42,166 nucleotides of DNA, from positions 1 to 42,166 of IMG/VR virus record IMGVR_UViG_3300048579_000414. One strand, written 5' to 3'. The translations under genes were made by a program, and so were the position numbers. This DNA is from a virus. Taxonomy: Duplodnaviria > Caudoviricetes. The notes beneath the pieces are model-generated. The model saw only the letters and a program-made list of their open reading frames with translations, ran no database searches and was not told the DNA's origin. Positions 16,206 through 25,257 of this stretch are shown in pieces (position 1 is the stretch's first letter; every line of letters begins with the position of its first letter).

Positions 16206-17561
16206 TCAGGCCGCCGCGAACTTCAGCAGCTTGATGGCCTGGGAGTCCACCACCATGCCGCCCACGCGCTTGGTCACGTAGAAGCCGACGTAGGGCTTGT
16301 TCGTGTACGGGTCGCGCAGGATGCGGGTGCCGATACGGTCCACGATGGTGTAGCCGCGCTTGAAGTCGCCGAAGGCCACGCTCAGGCTGTTGGCTGCCTT
16401 GGCGGGCATGTCTTCAGCCTCGGTGATGCCGTAGCCCAGCAGGGTGGCGGGCTGGCCGGCCTCCAGGCCCGGGCGCCACATGTAGTTGCCTTCCAGGTCT
16501 TTGAAGGTGCGCACTTCGGCCATGATGTTCTTGTTCATCACCCAGCGGGCATTGGCGCGCATGCCTGCTTTGAGCTTGTGCACCAAAGTGATCAGCACAT
16601 CGCTCTTGTTGGCCGCAGCCCAGTCGCCCGCCACGCCCGTAGCCACATGCTCCAGGGTGCCGAAGGCCCGGGCGCCGTCTGCCGTTGCGGCGGTGGCATA
16701 GGCAAGGAAGCCCTTGGGCTTCTTCGTGCCGTCACCAGTCACAAACGCTGCGCCTTCTTTCTGCGCAAACTCGGTGTAGCACTCATCCACGATGAACTGC
16801 TCGGCATCGAAGAACACATCGTCCAGCATCTGCTGCGTGGCTTGCGGGTAGGCGTAGATCTCGCCCATGAAGGCGGTGACCTGCGCCAATGCGGCGCTGG
16901 CAGTCGCTGCGCGGGGGTCGTCTTCATCCACCCAGCCCGAAGCTGTACCGCGCATGTTGACCAGCTTCTTGTAGTCGCTGGTGCCCACGGTGCGCACATT
17001 GGCGATTTCGCGGATGGGGGACACATCCACCATCAGACCGAGGATGTCGCGGTCCAGCTCTTCGGGGACTGCAAAGCCGCCATCGGCGTCGGTGGTGATG
17101 TTGTAGGCCTTTTTCTGCAGCTCGGCCAGGTTGCCGTCGTCGCCCTTGCGCAGGAAGGCGCCGAACGCGGTCTTGTGCTCGGCCTTGGCGGGGTCCACGT
17201 CGCCGCCGGTGCCGGGGCGGCCCTGGCGCTTCTCCAGGGCCTTGAGCTGGGCCTGGGCGTCGTCGAATGCGGTGTTGAGCTGGCTGAGCTTGGCTTCCAG
17301 GTCAGAGACGGCCTTGCCGTCGGCTTTGGCCTTGATAAGGTCGTCGTTCGTCTTCTTGAACTCGTCGAATGCCTGGCCTTGCTTCTCCAGCAGTTCTTTC
17401 AGGCCTTTGGTGTCCAGCTCGCCCGACATGGCGAATGGCAGGACGCCGAGGGCCGCGAAGGCCTCGGCCGGGACGATGGGGTGGCCTGCCAGGGTGGCAA
17501 TGGCCATGGTGGCGACAACGGCCAGGAGGCCGAGGGTGAGGTGCTTTCGGGTGGTTTGCAT
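16206..17561 (-). CDS. Major capsid protein, HK97 fold with delta domain
   Basis: DGGFAVPEE, GDG..KPKG and FGDFKRGY.IVDR...LRDPY.K.YVGFY..KRVGG motifs. Confidence 0.96.
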   Translation of the reverse strand: MQTTRKHLTLGLLAVVATMAIATLAGHPIVPAEAFAALGVLPFAMSGELDTKGLKELLEKQGQAFDEFKKTNDDLIKAKADGKAVSDLEAKLSQLNTAFDDAQAQLKALEKRQGRPGTGGDVDPAKAEHKTAFGAFLRKGDDGNLAELQKKAYNITTDADGGFAVPEELDRDILGLMVDVSPIREIANVRTVGTSDYKKLVNMRGTASGWVDEDDPRAATASAALAQVTAFMGEIYAYPQATQQMLDDVFFDAEQFIVDECYTEFAQKEGAAFVTGDGTKKPKGFLAYATAATADGARAFGTLEHVATGVAGDWAAANKSDVLITLVHKLKAGMRANARWVMNKNIMAEVRTFKDLEGNYMWRPGLEAGQPATLLGYGITEAEDMPAKAANSLSVAFGDFKRGYTIVDRIGTRILRDPYTNKPYVGFYVTKRVGGMVVDSQAIKLLKFAAA

Positions 17562-17573
17562 GGTGATGGTCTC

Positions 17574-18206
17574 TCAGTTGTTGAGCAGGGAGGTGTTGCG
17601 CTGGATGAGCGCGGCCAGTTCGCCCAGACCATCGGAGTCGCTCCGACTGTGCAGGGACTTGACCCGCGCCACCAGGGCGCAGGCTTCGCGTTTGCTGAGC
17701 CCACCTGCATCGCGCAGGTAGGCTTCAGCGTCGGCAAGGGTGGTGATGGCGTCAATGGACTTGACGCCCGAGACGCGGGCGCTGTCGTTGGCCGGGAAGG
17801 TGACCAGGGAGACTTCCCAGAGGTCGAGCTTTTTGAGGGTGCGGATGCCGCTGACCTTGTCGTAGCTGTCTTCGCGGCTGATGAAGCCGATGGACAGCCC
17901 GCTGACGGCGCCCATCTTGAGCAGTTCGTAGGCCTCGGCGCCGCGCGCGGTCTTGAGGGCCAGCTTGCCCTCCACGTACAGGCCCACGCTGTCTTCTTTG
18001 ACGGTGGTGTACACGCCGATGGGTTCGCCGCTGCGGTGCTGCCACAGCAGGGACGGCATGCGGCCCGCGAGCGATTCGGCGAATGCGCCGGGCGCGACGA
18101 CTTCTTTGTAGCTGTCCACCACGCCGAACACGGAGCCGTAGCCAGAAAAAAGGCCGTCTTCAGAGACGGCCTTGATCTTGAACGGTATGTCGAGATAGTC
18201 ACGCAT
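17574..18206 (-). CDS. HK97-family prohead protease
   Basis: GYGSVF...DSY, LWQH...PIG, GLSIGF and EVSLVTFPAN motifs. Confidence 0.95.
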   Translation of the reverse strand: MRDYLDIPFKIKAVSEDGLFSGYGSVFGVVDSYKEVVAPGAFAESLAGRMPSLLWQHRSGEPIGVYTTVKEDSVGLYVEGKLALKTARGAEAYELLKMGAVSGLSIGFISREDSYDKVSGIRTLKKLDLWEVSLVTFPANDSARVSGVKSIDAITTLADAEAYLRDAGGLSKREACALVARVKSLHSRSDSDGLGELAALIQRNTSLLNN

Positions 18207-19416
18207 GGTGTTTTTCCTTCGGGTCTGGGGCCGGGCTCAGGTCGGCGGTCAGGTTGATGGGGGTCAGGGGTTCGTCCAGGCCTTCGATGGGGTTGCGGTC
18301 CATCAGCTCGCGCGCTTCGTTGCGGGTGAGCACGCCGCGCTCAACCAGCTTGCTAAGGTATTCGGCCTCGTCTTTCATGGCGCCCCGCAACAGACCGCGC
18401 TCGGTGAACTTGGGGTAGTAGCCATCTTTGCGGTCTTTCGCAGTCAGCAGGTTGGCCGTGATGGACTGCTCGAAGCGCCCATACCAGGGCATGAGCGTGT
18501 GCACCAGGTGCGCCAGGAACATCTGCTCGGCGCTGGCGTAGGTGGCGGCCTTGTCGCTGTAGCCAATCATGATCGGCATGACGCGGAAGTAGCGGCACAC
18601 CTCCTCGATCTGGTGCTTGCGGGTCTCCAGGTGCTGCATGTCCACGCCCTTGAAGGCGTAGGGCGTGAACTTGGCGTTGCGGTCCAGAATCATCGGGCGG
18701 CCGGTGTTCTCCATGCCGCCGTACTCTTTTTCGAGCCAGGCGCGCAGGGCCTTGTACTGGTCGGAGCCCAGGGCGCCGTCCACGCTGTACAGGCCCGACG
18801 GCGCCACCGAGTTGCGGTGCATGCGGCTGTGGTGGTCTTCTGCGGCAATGCTCAGGCCGATGGCTTCGCGCGCGATGCGCATCACATCCAGCCCCTCAAA
18901 CCCGTTCCAGCTGGGGCCGCGCAGCACCCAGATGGCCTCTTGCGGAAACTCGCGCTGGCCGCCCTTGGGCGACGTGACCTGGTGCACCAGGCGGTAGTCG
19001 CTTTGCTGCTTGGTGGTGACCGAGCCGGGCTCCAGCGGAATCAGCTCGATGGGCTTGCCCAGCGAGTCGCGCACCACGAACACCTTGGCTGCGCCGCACA
19101 GGGCGGCGTGCCAGGTCATGGTCTCGCGCAGCTCGAAGCTGCTCATCCAGTCATTGGGCTTGACGTGCAGCAGCTCGTGCAGCGGGTGGTCCACGGCAGT
19201 GCGCTTGCCCCGGCCCTCGCCTTGCATGAGCTTGAGCGGCACCTGGGCAACGCCCTCCCCCAGCACGCGCAGGCAGCCGAACACGGTGGCAACCTGCAGC
19301 GCCTGCAGCCGACCCACTCGCACGCCGGACTTGACCGGCGCCGAGAGGCCGAACTCCTGCGCCAGGTCGGTGACCGAGTAGCTCTTGCGGCCAAAGAGAC
19401 GGGTGAGGAGGTTCAC
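18199..19416 (-). CDS. Portal protein (HK97 family)
   Basis: VAQVPL, PN.WMS.FE, Q.LETR...EEVCR.F.V and T.NEAR motifs; GTG start. Confidence 0.95.
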   Translation of the reverse strand: MNLLTRLFGRKSYSVTDLAQEFGLSAPVKSGVRVGRLQALQVATVFGCLRVLGEGVAQVPLKLMQGEGRGKRTAVDHPLHELLHVKPNDWMSSFELRETMTWHAALCGAAKVFVVRDSLGKPIELIPLEPGSVTTKQQSDYRLVHQVTSPKGGQREFPQEAIWVLRGPSWNGFEGLDVMRIAREAIGLSIAAEDHHSRMHRNSVAPSGLYSVDGALGSDQYKALRAWLEKEYGGMENTGRPMILDRNAKFTPYAFKGVDMQHLETRKHQIEEVCRYFRVMPIMIGYSDKAATYASAEQMFLAHLVHTLMPWYGRFEQSITANLLTAKDRKDGYYPKFTERGLLRGAMKDEAEYLSKLVERGVLTRNEARELMDRNPIEGLDEPLTPINLTADLSPAPDPKEKHHA

Positions 19417-21092
19417 GTTGTTTCCCAGAATGACTTTTCAGTCGGTGCGGCAGTGGCCAGCGCCCGGCCCAATGCCATCAGCACCGCCATGGGGCCGTCG
19501 ATCTTGTTCTCGGGCCGTTCTTTGGTGGGGGCCATCAGCTCGTTGAACTTGGACACCTTCACCACCAGGTTGCTGACCATCCAGGCCAGCACGGGGTTGC
19601 CCTCGTGCTGCAGCTTGCCTTCGCGCACCATGTTCTCGACCTGGATCAATGCCGGGGTGAAGAACACGGCGCGCTGCGAGATTTCGACCAGCGGCAGGCC
19701 TTCCTCGATCAGCTTGCCCGCGAAGTACATGGATAGCGCCGGGTCGAAGGCGATCTCTTTCACGTCGAAGCGGCGGCAATACTTGCGCATGTCGTCGGCC
19801 ACGACGTCGAAGTCGGTCAGGTCGCCATCGGTGACCACCACGTAGCCCTGGCGTGCCCAGCCTGCCAGGTGGGCGTTGCCGCTCTCCTGAATGGCAAGAT
19901 CGTTCAAGTACAGACGTATGCACACGCCCCACTTGCCTGTGGCTTCGTCTTCCCAGGCCAGGGCCAGGGCGGCGAAGTCCTTTTTCTGCGCGAGGTCCAG
20001 GCCCATGTAGACCTTGGCGCCATCGGGGATGGTCTCCACGCTCAGGCCCTTGGCGGCACAGCGCTCCCAGGCGCGCATGTCCATCCAGGGCGATTCGCCC
20101 GACACCCAGACGTTCAGGCGCTTGGTCAGGAAGTTGTTGAGTGCCGACGGCACGGCTTCGGCCTTGCGGGCCTGGGCCATCAGTTCGTCGAGCTGGACTG
20201 ACTTGCCCAGGTTGGGGTTGGCCTTGATCCAGACGGCGGGGTCGAACGGGTCGTCGCCATCGTCCAGCGTGTAAATGACCCCGAACACGCGATCGTCCTG
20301 CACCACGCCGTCCAGTATCTTGGTGACGTGCGTGCGCCGTTCGTAGCAGATGCCGCTGCGGTCGGTGCCTGCGGTGGTAATGGTCCAGAGCAGCGACTGC
20401 TCGCGCGCACCGCGTGCGCTGTCAATAACGTCGTACACGGCGCGGGTCTTGTGCGCGTGCAGCTCATCGAGCAGCGCGAAGTGCACGTTCAGGCCGTCGA
20501 GCGTGCTGCCCTCGGCCGCCAGCGGCGCGGCCTTGCTGGAGGTGTGCGCCACCGTCAGGCTGTGCTGCATGATGGCCACGCCCAGGTGGGTGCGCAGGCC
20601 GGGCGAGCGCTCGGCCATGGCCTTGGCGTCGTCGAACACGATGCGCGCCTGGTCGCGCGTGGTGGCCGCCGTGTAGCACTCTGCGCCGTGTTCGCCGTCT
20701 GCGGCCAGCATGTAGAGCAGCAGGCCAGAGCCTTTGGCGCTTTTGCCGTTCTTGCGGGCTTCTTCTTCATACGCTTCGAGGAAGCGGCGCAGGCGGGTCT
20801 CGGAATGCACCCAGCCGTAAACGGTGGTGAGGATGAAGCACTGCCATGGCTCCAGGTGCAGCAAGCGGCCATCACGCGCCCATTTGCCCTTGATGTGGGG
20901 CAGCAGCTCAATGAAGGCGCAGGGGCGCGATGCCATCTCGGCATCGAACACCCACGGCCAGGATTCGCTGGGCTCGCGCAGTAGGTCATCCGCCTGGCGC
21001 TGCACGGCGAGGCGGGTCCATTTGCAGGTGGGGATCGTGCCGTCGAGAACATCGCGCATGTACTGCTGCGCTCGCTCGACGTATTCGGTCAT
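19413..21092 (-). CDS. terL: Terminase large subunit
   Basis: L.PWQ.F, ARKNGKS Walker A, LLDELH Walker B, ITTAG, GLDLA and KIDG motifs. Confidence 0.97.
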   Translation of the reverse strand: MTEYVERAQQYMRDVLDGTIPTCKWTRLAVQRQADDLLREPSESWPWVFDAEMASRPCAFIELLPHIKGKWARDGRLLHLEPWQCFILTTVYGWVHSETRLRRFLEAYEEEARKNGKSAKGSGLLLYMLAADGEHGAECYTAATTRDQARIVFDDAKAMAERSPGLRTHLGVAIMQHSLTVAHTSSKAAPLAAEGSTLDGLNVHFALLDELHAHKTRAVYDVIDSARGAREQSLLWTITTAGTDRSGICYERRTHVTKILDGVVQDDRVFGVIYTLDDGDDPFDPAVWIKANPNLGKSVQLDELMAQARKAEAVPSALNNFLTKRLNVWVSGESPWMDMRAWERCAAKGLSVETIPDGAKVYMGLDLAQKKDFAALALAWEDEATGKWGVCIRLYLNDLAIQESGNAHLAGWARQGYVVVTDGDLTDFDVVADDMRKYCRRFDVKEIAFDPALSMYFAGKLIEEGLPLVEISQRAVFFTPALIQVENMVREGKLQHEGNPVLAWMVSNLVVKVSKFNELMAPTKERPENKIDGPMAVLMALGRALATAAPTEKSFWETT

Positions 21093-21652
21093 CGGTTGGG
21101 GTTCACGAACATGGAGAAGCCTGCAGGCTTCGCCTCTGGTTTGGGGTCAATGCCGGGCAGCGTGGGCTGCACGTAGTTGCTGGCCTGCACGCGGCCACGG
21201 GCCGCAGGGCTCAGGCCGAAGTGCATCAGGTAGCGGTTGAGCTGCTCGCGATGCTTGCCGATCAGCTGCACGATCACGCTCTGCTGCGCGTAGCCCGAGG
21301 GCGTCACGGCGTAGCTGGCCTTGTAAACGGCGTCGGAATAGTCGGCGCCTTCGTCCACCAGGCGGGCCACCTGGCCGTTGAATGCCGTCTCCAGCTCGGC
21401 CAGCCGCCCGGCAGCCTGGCAGTACAGCGCCAGGGCCGCACGGTCCAGGCCGCTGATCAGGCCCAGATCGACCAGCAAGGGGGTGATGCGCTTCCACTCC
21501 TTGCGCGCCTCGGCGCCCAGGTGCTTTGGCGGGGTCGGGATCTCGATGCGCGGGTTCACCCCGGCAGAGAGATCGAGCGCACGCTTGCCAGCGTTGCCTT
21601 CCAGCACCCGCAGCGCTGGCGGCTTCGGCAAAGGACCACGGGACCCAGACAT
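21089..21652 (-). CDS. terS: Terminase small subunit, P27 family
   Basis: RGP.PKP..L..L.GN.GKR, PP.HL...A..EW and FGLSPAAR motifs. Confidence 0.93.
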   Translation of the reverse strand: MSGSRGPLPKPPALRVLEGNAGKRALDLSAGVNPRIEIPTPPKHLGAEARKEWKRITPLLVDLGLISGLDRAALALYCQAAGRLAELETAFNGQVARLVDEGADYSDAVYKASYAVTPSGYAQQSVIVQLIGKHREQLNRYLMHFGLSPAARGRVQASNYVQPTLPGIDPKPEAKPAGFSMFVNPNR

Positions 21653-21790
21653 ATCAAACCTCCATCAACACCCCCTCGGGGATACCCCCCCCTCCAAAAC
21701 CCGCGCACACAAAAATCTGATTAAGCGGTCGGTTTCCGGTCGAAGGGCTCCAGACTTTGAAACCCCCCTCCCCTGCGACGGCCCTCACGC
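21653..21790. other. Probable cos (packaging) region
   Basis: Intergenic gap between HNH and terS with G/C runs; this is the canonical cos position in HK97-like phages (inference). Confidence 0.5.
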
Positions 21791-22159
21791 CTCCCGGTAG
21801 TTGCTCCAGGCGCGGCGCACACCGCGTGCGGATTCGGCCTTGCTCTTTTCGTCGTGGCACGGGGCGCACAGGCCCTGCACGTTGTCGTCGGCATCGGCAC
21901 CGCCTTCGGCCAGCGACTTGATGTGATCGCGCTGCGTTGCCAGCGTCACCCTGCCCTGGCGCTTGCACTCGGCACACAGCGGGTCACGGGCGAACAGCTC
22001 CGCGCGCAGGGCCTGCAGGGCGCGGCCAGTGATGCGCTTTGTTGCTGTGGCGGGCTTTGCCCACTGCGGCTTGGGATGTTTGGCACAACGGCCCGAGCCA
22101 TCACGCACTAACACACCGCAGCCGGGGTGGGTGCAGGGGCGAGGGGCGGCAATGGGCAT
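21785..22159 (-). CDS. HNH endonuclease (terminase cofactor, HK97 gp74-like)
   Basis: C..C...DHI......GG.D...N.Q.LC..CH..K motif; upstream of terS. Confidence 0.93.
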   Translation of the reverse strand: MPIAAPRPCTHPGCGVLVRDGSGRCAKHPKPQWAKPATATKRITGRALQALRAELFARDPLCAECKRQGRVTLATQRDHIKSLAEGGADADDNVQGLCAPCHDEKSKAESARGVRRAWSNYREA

Positions 22160-22696
22160 GGTTCGATGGCAGCCGGGCTACCTTCACTTCTCGTGATTGA
22201 GCGCAATCTCGATACCGGCCAGGCCGGGGTGTTGTCACTTCTTCCGGGCTGGGTTCTAGCCAGCCAGATCCAGTCATGCGGTCACCATCAGGTGTGGCGG
22301 CTGCGGGCATTCGGGGCCGAAGCCAAGCGCCAACACAACCAACCGCCACGCATGATGGCCCCAGCCTTTATCGTCGCTGGGATGGACGTGGTAGCTATCG
22401 ACAGGGAGCGCGCCTACCGACTCAAGCCAGAGTGCACCCGTTGTTAAGGGATGCCGGAGCCTTTCAGGTCCATGCTCTGTTCTGTCTTCGATGCGCTGTA
22501 TCGGCTTCACTACCAAGACGATGAACTTGTGCGGCGTCACCTGGTGTACACGGGGTGGGCACTCCCGCAACCATCAGCCAAGTTTGATCCCATGCCGACT
22601 CTCGCGCGGCTTTAGACGCCGACCAGCAACGCCGGTCAGGATGGGCCAGTCAGTTCTACATGCGGCCTCCTGTGATGAGTCAGGGACAGACTGAGC
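22160..22696 (-). ncRNA. Candidate large structured noncoding RNA in the late leader
   Basis: No convincing ORF; many hairpins including a C(UUCG)G tetraloop; several long-range closing stems (see findings). Confidence 0.5.
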
Positions 22697-22733
22697 AAAG
22701 AAAAACCCCGACACGCTTTCACATGCCGGGGTT
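22697..22733 (-). terminator. Late-leader terminator (tR'-like)
   Basis: CCCCGGCATG-TGAAAG-CGTGTCGGGG followed by TTTTTCTTT, shortly downstream of the putative late promoter. Confidence 0.8.
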
Positions 22734-22784
22734 CCCACAGTTCGTGCATCGCGGGTGGAGGCGCAATACACACACAGTGCCTGA

Positions 22785-22813
22785 AATGTACCCATAAAGT
22801 CTATGTCGGAAAA
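22785..22813 (-). promoter_or_regulatory. Putative late promoter (pR'-like)
   Basis: TTTCCG...TACATT hexamers just after the Q-like gene and before the terminator. Confidence 0.5.
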
Positions 22814-22826
22814 CTCCCCCGCGTGT

Positions 22827-23249
22827 CTATAGCGGTTCCGTGCGCTGGGCGGATACGGTCGATTGCACCCGCTTGCGCTCGCGCTCCTCTGCCTTGGCAT
22901 CCAGCCAGGCGGCGATGGCGTGGTCTGCCTGCTCCAGCTGCGCCTTGATGGTGGACTCTGCCCGCTGCATGCGCTGGGCCGTGGCCTTGATGCCCAGGTC
23001 TTTCAAATAGATGCACTCCAGTGTGATGAACAGGTGCGAGCGCGACAGCTTGAGCGACAGCACCGCCTGGTCCGTCTCTGCGGCCTCCTCATCTTCTACC
23101 GGAATGGGCACGCCGTTGTAGCTGCCCCGGCTCCACACCTCGCTGGCCAGGATGGAGCGCGTCGCATAGCCCAGGCCACCATTGGCACCGCGCGTGGTCC
23201 AGATGGCCCAGTTGTCCAGCCGCTGCTGAATGCGTTTAAGCCGGGCCAT
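22827..23249 (-). CDS. Q-like late antiterminator
   Basis: I..RL.NW..W, P...EEA.ETD.AV..L and C-terminal HTH; sits upstream of promoter, terminator and late operon. Confidence 0.75.
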   Translation of the reverse strand: MARLKRIQQRLDNWAIWTTRGANGGLGYATRSILASEVWSRGSYNGVPIPVEDEEAAETDQAVLSLKLSRSHLFITLECIYLKDLGIKATAQRMQRAESTIKAQLEQADHAIAAWLDAKAEERERKRVQSTVSAQRTEPL

Positions 23250-23571
23250 GCTCGCCCCCTTGCAGCTTCGACGCCACCACCGGCGGCACATCGGGCCAGA
23301 TGCACACGTGTGCACAGCCAAACTCGACCAGGAACTGCCCCACCTCTTTCATGATCGGGTGCCCATGGAACGGCGTGCCCACCACGCGCCCGGCCTCGAA
23401 GGCATAGAAGCAACCCTTCTCCCCGCGCAGGCCGCGCCGCACCAGTTCATACGCGCCGTTGCCAATCTGCCGGGCCTTCTCCTGGATGCACTCGTACACC
23501 TGGGGCATGTGGCGCCTGATCTCCTCAATCTTGCCGCTCACATCAACCTTTGCTGAGTTGCTTCTGTCCAT
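23236..23571 (-). CDS. Conserved hypothetical phage protein
   Basis: MP.VY..I..KA..IG..AY.LVRRGLRGE..CFYAFE.G.V.GTPF; coupled to the Q-like gene. Confidence 0.75.
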   Translation of the reverse strand: MDRSNSAKVDVSGKIEEIRRHMPQVYECIQEKARQIGNGAYELVRRGLRGEKGCFYAFEAGRVVGTPFHGHPIMKEVGQFLVEFGCAHVCIWPDVPPVVASKLQGGEHGPA

Positions 23572-23786
23572 TCTGTCCAGCCTTTCTTATAGAGATCATG
23601 GGTGGGGGTAGCGGGTCGCGCACGTGTTCGGCGGATGCGTGCCTATGCCCGCCCGCCTTGGAAATGCGGGCGGGCCACAGCCCTCAGTCCCACCGGGCAA
23701 TGCAGCAGCTCCAACCCCCTGAACCGGGGGAATGGGGCTACTGGTGACGTCCATGCAAAAGCGTGGACGCGTGGACAGATTTGGAC
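23562..23786. repeat. TGGAC/GTCCA repeats, candidate replication origin
   Basis: TTCTGTCCA x2 (23562-23579), GTCCA (23749), TGGAC x3 (23764, 23772, 23782). Confidence 0.45.
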
Positions 23787-23997
23787 GCTATCCCGTGGGC
23801 GCGCCCAGTGACGTCCCCGCAACCGCGCCGCAATGGGGGCGGATAGCGCCCTCCAGCCCTTCGGGCACGCTGGCGCGAATCACGCCTCCCCCAGCGTTTG
23901 CAGCACGGCGCGTTTGTTGCGCTGCGACCATTTGGTCAAAGCGGCGCATAGTCACCGTTCCTGTGTTGATAGGCCACATGTGTCAGCAGGCCAGGCC

Positions 23998-24648
23998 TTA
24001 GCCTCGCAATGCCTCAAAGTGCGCTTGCATGCGGGCCAGCCGGCGCGCATAGGAAAAGGCCGTCACCTCCTCGGTGGCGGCGAAATGCAACAGCGCCTGC
24101 ACGTCCCAGTCGTGCACGTAGTCGGGGCCATGCTCGCCGCCGCTCTGCGTGCTGCCTGCCAGCTCCCACAGCAGGTAGTCCCGGCATGTCTCTGCCAGTT
24201 CTCGCCCCATGGAATTGGCCTTCTGGTTCACCACCCGCTGCTGGTGCCGGTTCAGGTGCGGCAAGCCGCGTTGCTGTGCAAACTTCTCCAACAGCTTCGA
24301 GCCCAGGAACACCGGGCGCTGGTAGCCGCCCGTTTTGCGGATGGATGGCAGTACCTCGCTGGTCACCCAGCGCTTGAAGCGCTTGGCTTCGGGCTTGGTG
24401 CTGCCGAAGACCAGCGCGTACATGCCGGACTCATTGATGAAGTTGGTCATTTGCTTGCGGCCTATCGCATCGATGACCTCACGTTTCGTTAGGTCATCGG
24501 CATCGATGTGATCGGCTACCGTCTTCCACGGGTTGGTGTACCCAAGTGCCGTGCACACATCATTCGCGCAGAACCACGGGCTACCAGCATCATCCGTCAC
24601 AACGCTGATGGTCTTGTTTTCAAACTTGAAGGGGGTCAGTGGGCTCAT
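23998..24648 (-). CDS. Bro-N domain antirepressor
   Basis: PWF.A.DVC..LGY.N...INESG.Y.L.FGS.KPEAK.FKRWVTSEVLPSIRKTG.Y. Confidence 0.92.
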   Translation of the reverse strand: MSPLTPFKFENKTISVVTDDAGSPWFCANDVCTALGYTNPWKTVADHIDADDLTKREVIDAIGRKQMTNFINESGMYALVFGSTKPEAKRFKRWVTSEVLPSIRKTGGYQRPVFLGSKLLEKFAQQRGLPHLNRHQQRVVNQKANSMGRELAETCRDYLLWELAGSTQSGGEHGPDYVHDWDVQALLHFAATEEVTAFSYARRLARMQAHFEALRG

Positions 24649-24983
24649 CGATCACTCCTGGTGAGGTTAAGAGATGGCGTCCAGTTTCTGGACACCCTTT
24701 GCACAACTGCCCGCTGCTGGGCAACCATGTACTGGGCACGCGCTTCCTGCAGCAGCCGCTCGCAGGTTTGCACGAAGGCGCGGGCCTGCTCCATAGAAGC
24801 GGGAGTATCGACAGGCCGGGCCATGTCGGGAAACTTTCGATCAAGCTTCCAACGGCTGAGATTGATGATGTGTGGAGGCCGACGCCCCGGCCCGCGCTGC
24901 TGCTGCACCGGGTGCTGTGCCGCGTTGGGCAAGGGGATGACCCGCGCAGACGTGCGCGCAGGGAGTGAAAGAGAGTGAGCCAT
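24645..24983 (-). CDS. Hypothetical protein between C4 RNA and antirepressor (icd position)
   Basis: GGAGG RBS; ATGA overlap with the Bro gene; VIPLPNA...PV.Q...GR.P motif. Confidence 0.65.
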   Translation of the reverse strand: MAHSLSLPARTSARVIPLPNAAQHPVQQQRGPGRRPPHIINLSRWKLDRKFPDMARPVDTPASMEQARAFVQTCERLLQEARAQYMVAQQRAVVQRVSRNWTPSLNLTRSDR

Positions 24984-25041
24984 GATGGGCCTCCAGGTGC
25001 TGCGGTTTGCAAAAACCGACGCACCCGAGACCAATCGAGGG

Positions 25042-25120
25042 CGGCGGCTCGAACGGGTTGGTCTACCGGGCAGCCCCTGCGGGAACCGGCGGGCCTTGCG
25101 GCCCCCCATCCGAGCCGCCA
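25042..25120 (-). ncRNA. C4-type antisense RNA
   Basis: GGCGGCTCGGATGGG...CCCGTTCGAGCCGCC closing stem, GGGCC-GCAA-GGCCC hairpin, and a loop AGACCAA complementary to TTGGTCT sites on both sides. Confidence 0.8.
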
Positions 25121-25257
25121 AAACTGGAGGCACAGACAACGAAGCCGCAGACTCTGCGGAGAGGCCACGGCTTTCGTCGTGGGACTGCAACGGGAGACCA
25201 ATCCCGGTCACCCCCATTGCGGGCGTGACAGGCGTAGTGTATCCCACAGCAGGCACG

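Noticed and set aside
16089-19845. 722-aa and 546-aa + strand ORFs opposite capsid, protease and portal genes
   Set aside because: Antisense shadows of well-conserved structural genes.
22280-22690. Possible hammerhead ribozyme or canonical tRNA in the late leader
   Set aside because: Only CTGATGG/GTGATGA are present rather than the CTGATGA core, and no TTCRA T-loop cloverleaf was found.
22101-22900. Short ORFs in the late leader (e.g. 22274-22570, 22574-22900)
   Set aside because: Weak starts, no clear RBS, no protein-like motifs; one crosses the terminator. A structured RNA explains the region better.
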